Shown one piece after another: positions 1 through 4,575 of a DNA stretch of 5,911 nt. The notes under the pieces are model-generated. The model ran no database searches. It had not been told where the DNA came from and saw only the letters and a list, made by a program, of their open reading frames with translations. Numbering within the stretch: position 1 is the stretch's first letter; the number at the start of each line of letters is the position of its first letter. The DNA lies in the NCBI GenBank assembly GCA_035387745.1, contig DAOOON010000004.1:37997-43907 (forward strand), given 5' to 3'. The position numbers and the translations under genes are program-made. This DNA is from an archaeon. Its GTDB lineage: Archaea; Iainarchaeota; Iainarchaeia; Iainarchaeales; CSSED10-239.

Positions 1-261
1 TATAAGCCAGACTATATTGGCATACACTCTGGAATTGACATGCAGCACATGGGAATTAAACCTCTTAAAACCCTTATTGATTTATCAAAGATTATGGATA
101 GTAAAAAAATCGCAATTGCTGGCGGAATTAATCTTGAAACTATAGAAAGCATAGCAAAATACAAGCCAGGAATCATTATTGTTGGTGGAGCAATAACAAA
201 TGCTAAAGATCCAGTTTCTGTTGCCAAGAAAATGAAAGAAATAATGAAAAAATATGAGTAA
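1..261 (+). CDS. hps: 3-hexulose-6-phosphate synthase (HPS; OMP-decarboxylase-like ribulose-phosphate-binding barrel), C-terminal fragment; the 5' end lies outside the window
   Basis: Frame 1 is open from base 1 (YKPDYIGIHSGIDMQHMG...), so the ATG at 40 is internal. The translation ...IAIAGGINLETIESIAKYKPGIIIVGGAITNAKDPVSVAKKMKE shows the terminal beta-alpha units with AGGI and VGGAIT phosphate-binding loops typical of HPS and the related KGPDC enzymes. HPS is favoured over KGPDC because the gene overlaps a clear PHI gene by 8 nt. Stop TAA at 259-261. Confidence 0.75.
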   Translation, partial: YKPDYIGIHSGIDMQHMGIKPLKTLIDLSKIMDSKKIAIAGGINLETIESIAKYKPGIIIVGGAITNAKDPVSVAKKMKEIMKKYE

Positions 262-820
262 AGACATTGACGATATTCTTGAAAGAATAGTAAATGAAAT
301 AAAAATTTCTTTAAAGGACATTAGTGAAATTAAAACTAGCAGGTTTGTAAAAGAAATCCTAACTTCAAAGAAAGTGTTTGTTACTGGTCAAGGCAGAAGT
401 GGGCTAATCGCAGAAAGCTTTGCAATGAGGCTTATGCAAATGGGAATAAAAACATACCATATCGGAGACAGCACAACTCCTGCCATCTCTAAAAACGATT
501 TGCTTGTTGCAATCTCTGGCTCTGGTAAAACAGAAATCACAAATATGATTATTAAAGAAGCAGATAAAGCAAAAGCAAAAGTAATACTTATAACAAATAA
601 GAAAACAACAAAAGAAAAAAAAAGAATCAGAAACACAGACTTGATAATTGAGATTAATGCGAAAGCAAAGACTGACAAGAAAAAAAAATCAATTGAACCA
701 CTTGGAACATTATTTGAACAAGCAAGCCTAGTATACCTTGATGCAGTTATTGTCTTACTTATGGAAAGACAGAATGTTAAAGAAAAAGATCTTGGCAAAA
801 GACATGCAAACTTAGAATAA
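254..820 (+). CDS. phi: 6-phospho-3-hexuloisomerase (PHI), SIS-domain sugar-phosphate isomerase
   Basis: The 188-aa ORF has the SIS-domain core VFVTGQGRSGLIAESFAMRLMQMGIKTYHIGDSTTPAISKNDLLVAISGSGKTEIT. The C-terminal string SIEPLGTLFEQASLVYLDAVIVLLMERQNV...GKRHANLE matches what I recall of HxlB/PHI-type proteins. ATG 254 overlaps the upstream stop (ATGAGTAA). Stop TAA at 818-820. Confidence 0.85.
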   Translation: MSKDIDDILERIVNEIKISLKDISEIKTSRFVKEILTSKKVFVTGQGRSGLIAESFAMRLMQMGIKTYHIGDSTTPAISKNDLLVAISGSGKTEITNMIIKEADKAKAKVILITNKKTTKEKKRIRNTDLIIEINAKAKTDKKKKSIEPLGTLFEQASLVYLDAVIVLLMERQNVKEKDLGKRHANLE

Positions 821-870
821 AACCATATAATTATAAGGGTTTTGATAGTTAATATAAAATATATTTTAGA
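821..870 (+). promoter_or_regulatory. Candidate promoter region in the only sizeable intergenic gap (TATA-like / -10-like AT-rich boxes)
   Basis: TATAAT lies at 826-831 and TTAATATAAAATATAT at about 849-864, upstream of the GH130 gene. TTGATA at 842-847 resembles a -35 box but has no well-spaced -10. In DNA this AT-rich such matches are expected by chance, so this is only a candidate. Confidence 0.25.
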
Positions 871-873
871 TTT

Positions 874-877
874 GGAG
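874..877 (+). promoter_or_regulatory. Shine-Dalgarno-like GGAG, 5 nt upstream of ATG 883
   Basis: The sequence reads tttGGAGcagaaATG. Spacing and motif are canonical, which supports the long form of the GH130 ORF that includes the N-terminal extension. Confidence 0.6.
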
Positions 878-882
878 CAGAA

Positions 883-1320
883 ATGAAAACTTACGTTAAA
901 AAAGGAAAAGTATCTATAGATGAAACCACACCAGAAGAGATACTTAATCCGGCTACTTTTACGAACACTATTAAAAAAACCGCTCTTCTTAAAAAAATAA
1001 ATTACGATTTAGAAAAGAGAGAAACTAAACCTATAGACATAAAAAAGACAATTGTTCCTGAAAAAAAAGAAACAATAGACATTAAAGAAAATATAACTAG
1101 AGAAATAAAAAAGATAATTATAGATAATACAGAAAAACAGATTATTAAAAAAACTTATCCAAATACAGAACTTAAACACATACCTCTAGATAAATCCTAT
1201 TCTGAAAAGAAAGAAATAGAAGACTATAATCTAAAAAATGAAAAAATTAATAAAAAATTAAACACTGGTCTTTCTGATAGATTAAAACCAAAATTAAAGA
1301 AAATACATAGAAACCCAGAA
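883..1320 (+). other. 146-aa Lys/Glu/Ile/Thr-rich low-complexity N-terminal extension preceding the GH130 domain
   Basis: MKTYVKKGKVSIDETTPEE...KPKLKKIHRNPE has no hydrophobic stretch and no motif I recognise. By eye it contains degenerate 13-16-residue repeats at about nt 1021-1194: ETKPIDIKKTIVPEKK / ETIDIKENITREIKK / IIIDNTEKQIIKK / TYPNTELKHIPLDK. No in-frame ATG, GTG or TTG lies close to the domain start at 1321, so the extension appears to be translated. Confidence 0.6.
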
Positions 1321-2322
1321 CTTACTTTTTATAAGTCTATTGACAATCCAATAATTTGTCCAAAACCAGAAAATGGCTGGGAGTCTTGGCAAACTTTTAA
1401 TCCTGCAGCGATCTTGATTGATGATAAGGTTCATTTTTTGTACAGAGCTATTGGAGACGACGGCATGTCCAGATTTGGTTATGCAATGTCTGAGGACGGT
1501 TTTGTAATTAGAGAAAGACTTTCTTATCCAGCTTATGTTCATGAAATTGTTAAAGGGCCTTATGTTTTTTTATCCTCGCCATCTGGCGGAAGCTGGGGTG
1601 GCTGTGAGGACCCACGGCTTGTTAGAGTTGAAAATGAGGATAGAATCTATGTTACTTATACTGCTTGTGATGGGGGCTTAAGAGTTGGCTTAACCTCAAT
1701 AAAAGTTTCTGATTTTATAAACAAAAGATGGAACTGGAAAAAACCAAAGATAATTTCTCCACCAGGCGAGTGTAATAAAAACTGGTTAATCTTTCCTGAA
1801 AAGATAAACGGTAAATATGCAATCTTACATAGCATTAATTCAGGGAAAATACTAATTGATTACCTTGATAATCTTGATTTTAAAGACGGAAAATTCATAA
1901 AAAGCAAATATCTTCTAACAGAAGTCAGAGCTGACCGCTGGGATAAAAAAGTTAGAGCTGCTGGCCCTCCACCAATAAGAACCAAGTATGGCTGGTTATT
2001 GTTCTATCATGCTGAAGATAAAGACGATCCTGGAAAATACAAACTTGGAGCAATGTTACTAGATATTAATAATCCAACAAAGATATTATATCGCTGTAAA
2101 CAACCAGTACTTGAACCAAAGGAATATTATGAATGTGAAGGATATAAAGGTGGAATTGTTTATGCACTTGGCTCTGTGATTAAAGACGGAAAGCTAATTA
2201 TTTATTATGGCAGTGCAGACAATTTTGTTTGTGTTGCCTATACTGAATTTGAGCCATTCCTTGAAGCCCTAATCAGAGGAGAGAAAAAGCCTCTTAAGCT
2301 TAAGATTCTTAAAAAGAAATAA
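883..2322 (+). CDS. GH130-family glycoside phosphorylase-like protein (beta-mannoside phosphorylase/glycosidase-related, DUF377) with a Lys-rich N-terminal extension
   Basis: The ORF is 479 aa. Residues 147-479 carry the GH130 hallmark string: NPIICPKPENGWESWQTFNPAAILIDDKVHFLYRA, FGYAMSEDG, GCEDPR (nt 1600-1617), IYVTYTA, FPEKINGKY, PPIRTKYGWLLFYHA, LGAMLLDINNPTKIL, IIYYGSADN. There is no hydrophobic N-terminal segment, so the protein is predicted cytoplasmic. Stop TAA at 2320-2322. Confidence 0.85.
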   Translation: MKTYVKKGKVSIDETTPEEILNPATFTNTIKKTALLKKINYDLEKRETKPIDIKKTIVPEKKETIDIKENITREIKKIIIDNTEKQIIKKTYPNTELKHIPLDKSYSEKKEIEDYNLKNEKINKKLNTGLSDRLKPKLKKIHRNPELTFYKSIDNPIICPKPENGWESWQTFNPAAILIDDKVHFLYRAIGDDGMSRFGYAMSEDGFVIRERLSYPAYVHEIVKGPYVFLSSPSGGSWGGCEDPRLVRVENEDRIYVTYTACDGGLRVGLTSIKVSDFINKRWNWKKPKIISPPGECNKNWLIFPEKINGKYAILHSINSGKILIDYLDNLDFKDGKFIKSKYLLTEVRADRWDKKVRAAGPPPIRTKYGWLLFYHAEDKDDPGKYKLGAMLLDINNPTKILYRCKQPVLEPKEYYECEGYKGGIVYALGSVIKDGKLIIYYGSADNFVCVAYTEFEPFLEALIRGEKKPLKLKILKKK

Positions 2323-2334
2323 ATCTGATTTATT

Positions 2335-3291
2335 ATGATTATTAAAAGATATGATAAAAATCCAATTCTAAAACCAAATAAAAATAGCTGCTGGGAGTCT
2401 CATTCTACTTTCAATGGCTGTGCAATTAAAAAAAAATATGAGACATTTTTATTTTATAGAGCAATGTCATGTAATGATTTCCATCCGGTTAATGAGCAGA
2501 AGATGGAGATGTCTTGTATTGGTGTTTCTAGAAGCTTTGATGGATTAAATTTTAAAAATAGAAAAGTGTTTATTTATCCTGAAGAAAGCTTTGATAAATT
2601 TGGCTGTGAGGATCCAAGAATCACAAAGCTTCAAGACAAGTATTATATTTTCTATACTGCTCTTTCAGAATATCCATTTAGAGCAAGCGGAATAAAAGTT
2701 GCTGTTGCTATAACTAAAGATCTTGAAAAGATTGAAGAACGGCATCTTGTTACGCCATTTAATGCTAAAGCAATGACTATGTTTCCTGAAAAAATAAATA
2801 ACAAGATTTGGTGCATGTTTACATATCACAGTGACTCTCCACCAGCACAGGTTTGCTTTGCAATATTTGATAAAGAAGAAGATATGTGGTCAAGGGATTT
2901 CTGGCAGAAATGGTATAATAATCATAACAAGTTTGTTTTACCACTACAGAGAAGAGAAAAAGACCAGGTAGAGATTGGTGCACCGCCTATTAAGACAAAA
3001 CACGGCTGGCTATTATTCTATTCTTATATCTATGATTATTTTTCTTCAAACAAAGTATTTAGTATTGAAGCAGTTCTTCTGGACCTTAAAGACCCAACAA
3101 AGATTATTGCAAGAACCAAAGGGCCATTACTAACTACAGAAGAATATTATGAAAAATATGGAATGGTTAATGATATTGTTTTTCCATCAGGAGCAACAAT
3201 AAATGGAAATTACATAAATCTTTATTATGGGGCAGCAGACACCACTTGCTGTGTTGCTTTTGTTGATACCAAGTGTTTGTTTGAACAGATG
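2335..3291 (+). other. GH130 module A of the fusion (divergent paralog)
   Basis: Module A reads IKRYDKNPILKPNKNSCWESHSTFNGCAI...FYRAMS...FGCEDPRITKLQDKYYIFYTA...MFPEKINNKIW...APPIKTKHGWLLFYSY...LLDLKDPTKIIART...LYYGAADT. It lacks the (V/I)S(D/K)DFI..W.W.KP.(I/L)ISPPG insert shared by the other two modules. Confidence 0.7.
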
Positions 3292-4239
3292 CTTCCAAAC
3301 ACTCTAAATAATATTTCATTTATTAGATCAGAGAAAAACCCAATAATTAAACCTAACAAAAAGAATAAATGGGAAGCGCGCTCAACTTTTAATCCTGCAG
3401 CAATATATCTTGATGACAAAGTGCATATTGTTTATAGAGCAGTATCAGATAATAATGTCTCAACAATGGGCTATGCAACTTCTAAGGACGGAATAACTAT
3501 TGACTATAGGTCACCAGAACCAATCTATAAGCCAAGAGCAGAATTTGAAAGCTCTGGTTGTGAGGACCCAAGGCTTACGCAGATTGGAGATAACGTCTAT
3601 ATGCTTTATACTGCTTATGATGTTAGAACAGCGCCACGTGTTGCTTTAACAAAGATCTCTGTTAAGGATTTTATTGCTAACAACTGGGACAACTGGTCAA
3701 AGCCAATCTTAATATCTCCACCAGGAATAAGCGATAAAGATGCTTGCTTTTTCCCAGAAAAGATTAATGGCAAATATTATGTTTTACATAGACTTGAAAA
3801 CGAAATAGATCTTTGCGCAATTGATGATCTTGAGTTTAAAGGCAAGAATAAATATCTAGAAGAAAACAACTGGATGGCACCAAGAAAGGGCTGGTGGGAT
3901 TATAGAAAAGTTGGAGCTGCAACTCCGCCTATAAAAACAAAAGAAGGCTGGATATTATTATATCACGGCATTGCTGAAGACCACTCTTATAGTGTTGGAG
4001 CTGCTTTACTTGATCTTAATGATCCTACAAAGATACTTGCAAGAACTGATGAGCCGATCTTTAAGCCAGAAAAAGATTATGAAAAATCCGGGGATGTTCC
4101 AAATGTTGTGTTTCCTTGCGGGGCCATTGTTAAAGACAACAAAATATATATTTACTATGGTGGTGGAGACTCTGTTACTGGTGTTGCAAGCATGGAAATT
4201 GAGTTGCTACTAAAAAAATTAAAACTTTGCAGGTGCTAA
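2335..4239 (+). CDS. Two-module GH130 fusion protein (tandem Glyco_hydro_130/DUF377 domains)
   Basis: The 634-aa ORF starts 12 nt after the upstream stop, with no SD visible. Two complete copies of the GH130 motif series are present, with GCEDPR at nt 2602-2619 and 3556-3573. Each copy runs from KNPI(L/I)KPNK...W(E)..STFN through FPEKIN, PPIKTK.GW.L.Y and LLDL.DPTKI.ART to YYG..D. The copies are joined by a short linker EQMLPNTLNN (about nt 3283-3312). Stop TAA at 4237-4239. Confidence 0.85.
   Translation: MIIKRYDKNPILKPNKNSCWESHSTFNGCAIKKKYETFLFYRAMSCNDFHPVNEQKMEMSCIGVSRSFDGLNFKNRKVFIYPEESFDKFGCEDPRITKLQDKYYIFYTALSEYPFRASGIKVAVAITKDLEKIEERHLVTPFNAKAMTMFPEKINNKIWCMFTYHSDSPPAQVCFAIFDKEEDMWSRDFWQKWYNNHNKFVLPLQRREKDQVEIGAPPIKTKHGWLLFYSYIYDYFSSNKVFSIEAVLLDLKDPTKIIARTKGPLLTTEEYYEKYGMVNDIVFPSGATINGNYINLYYGAADTTCCVAFVDTKCLFEQMLPNTLNNISFIRSEKNPIIKPNKKNKWEARSTFNPAAIYLDDKVHIVYRAVSDNNVSTMGYATSKDGITIDYRSPEPIYKPRAEFESSGCEDPRLTQIGDNVYMLYTAYDVRTAPRVALTKISVKDFIANNWDNWSKPILISPPGISDKDACFFPEKINGKYYVLHRLENEIDLCAIDDLEFKGKNKYLEENNWMAPRKGWWDYRKVGAATPPIKTKEGWILLYHGIAEDHSYSVGAALLDLNDPTKILARTDEPIFKPEKDYEKSGDVPNVVFPCGAIVKDNKIYIYYGGGDSVTGVASMEIELLLKKLKLCRC
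3313..4236 (+). other. GH130 module B of the fusion (closest to the upstream single-module gene; most canonical motif set)
   Basis: Module B reads ISFIRSEKNPIIKPNKKNKWEARSTFNPAAIYLDDKVHIVYRAVS...MGYATSKDG...SGCEDPRLTQIGDNVYMLYTAYD...FFPEKINGKYYVLHR...TPPIKTKEGWILLYHG...LLDLNDPTKILART...VPNVVFPCGAIV...IYYGGGDS. Confidence 0.75.
4231..4235 (+). promoter_or_regulatory. Shine-Dalgarno-like AGGTG, 7 nt upstream of ATG 4243, embedded in the last codons of the GH130 fusion gene
   Basis: The sequence reads gcAGGTGctaatatATG, and AGGTG is complementary to the usual 16S 3' tail. Confidence 0.45.
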
Positions 4240-4242
4240 TAT

Positions 4243-4575
4243 ATGAAAGAAACAAAAAGGCCTTGGGGTAAATTTCTAACCTTTGCAAAAAACCAAAAAT
4301 GCACAGTTAAGATTCTTGAGGTTAATCCTGGAGAATCCCTAAGCCTACAAAAACACAAGCTTAGAGAAGAGCATTGGTATTTTCTAGACCCTGGTATTGT
4401 TCAGATTGGTAATTCTAAGAAAAAGATTGCTGCAGGAAAAGAAGTAATAATTAAGAAAAACAAAGAACACAGGCTTGTTGCAGGAAAGAACAAAACAAGA
4501 GTTTTAGAAATTTCTTTTGGTAATTTTTCAGAAAAAGACGAAGTAAGGTTAGAAGATAAATATGCAAGAAGATAA
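4243..4575 (+). CDS. Stand-alone type-II phosphomannose isomerase cupin domain (MannoseP_isomer-like), putative mannose-6-phosphate isomerase
   Basis: The 110-aa ORF aligns by eye along its full length to the C-terminal PMI domain of bifunctional ManC-type enzymes: KRPWGKF...VKILEVNPGESLSLQKHKLREEHWYFL..G......(I)..G..V.I.....HRL.....K..VLEISFG.F.E.DEVRLEDKYARR. The cupin ligand pattern G-x5-Q-x-H-x4-E (G30, Q36, H38, E43) and the motif-2 His (H76) are present. Stop TAA at 4573-4575. Confidence 0.7.
   Translation: MKETKRPWGKFLTFAKNQKCTVKILEVNPGESLSLQKHKLREEHWYFLDPGIVQIGNSKKKIAAGKEVIIKKNKEHRLVAGKNKTRVLEISFGNFSEKDEVRLEDKYARR

Noticed and set aside
40-42. ATG 40 as the start of a 73-aa protein.
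   Set aside because: The frame is open to base 1, and the upstream residues (YKPDYIGIHSGID) continue the HPS-like barrel. A 73-aa fragment could not form the fold, so the gene is truncated by the window edge.
615-688. Two A9 homopolymer runs in phi as signs of a frameshifted pseudogene or phase-variable switch.
   Set aside because: The reading frame is intact across both runs, and conserved PHI sequence resumes downstream (SIEPLGTLFEQ...RHANLE). The runs simply encode Lys-rich loops, which are common in this composition.
12-798. Minus-strand ORFs 12..227, 85..321 and 388..798 lie antisense to hps and phi.
   Set aside because: Their translations are low-complexity, Ile/Phe/Ser-rich strings with no recognisable motifs. 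They lie entirely opposite plus-strand ORFs that have strong family signatures. Long antisense ORFs are expected by chance opposite Lys/Glu-rich genes that use only TAA stops.
1294-1542. Minus-strand 82-aa ORF inside the first GH130 gene. The similar 64-aa ORF at 3225..3419 falls in the same category.
   Set aside because: They are antisense to well-supported coding sequence, have no motifs or start context, and are of a length consistent with chance.
883-2400. Signal peptides or transmembrane anchors on the GH130 proteins, which would imply extracellular glycan degradation.
   Set aside because: Both N-termini (MKTYVKKGKVSIDETT... and MIIKRYDKNPILKPNK...) are charged and lack any hydrophobic core, so there is no support for secretion from the sequence.
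3971-4213. Plus-strand 80-aa ORF in an alternative frame within GH130 module B.
   Set aside because: It is fully nested in a frame carrying conserved GH130 C-terminal motifs (LLDLNDPTKILART, VVFPCGAIV, YYGGGD). The translation is Leu-rich with no features and no SD.
4330-4380. Apparent loss of metal-binding histidines in the cupin (HKL instead of HHH).
   Set aside because: Aligned to the cupin motif G-x5-(H/Q)-x-H-x4-E, the ligand positions Q36, H38 and E43 are retained, as is the motif-2 His H76. The substituted residues are non-ligand positions, so inactivity cannot be inferred.
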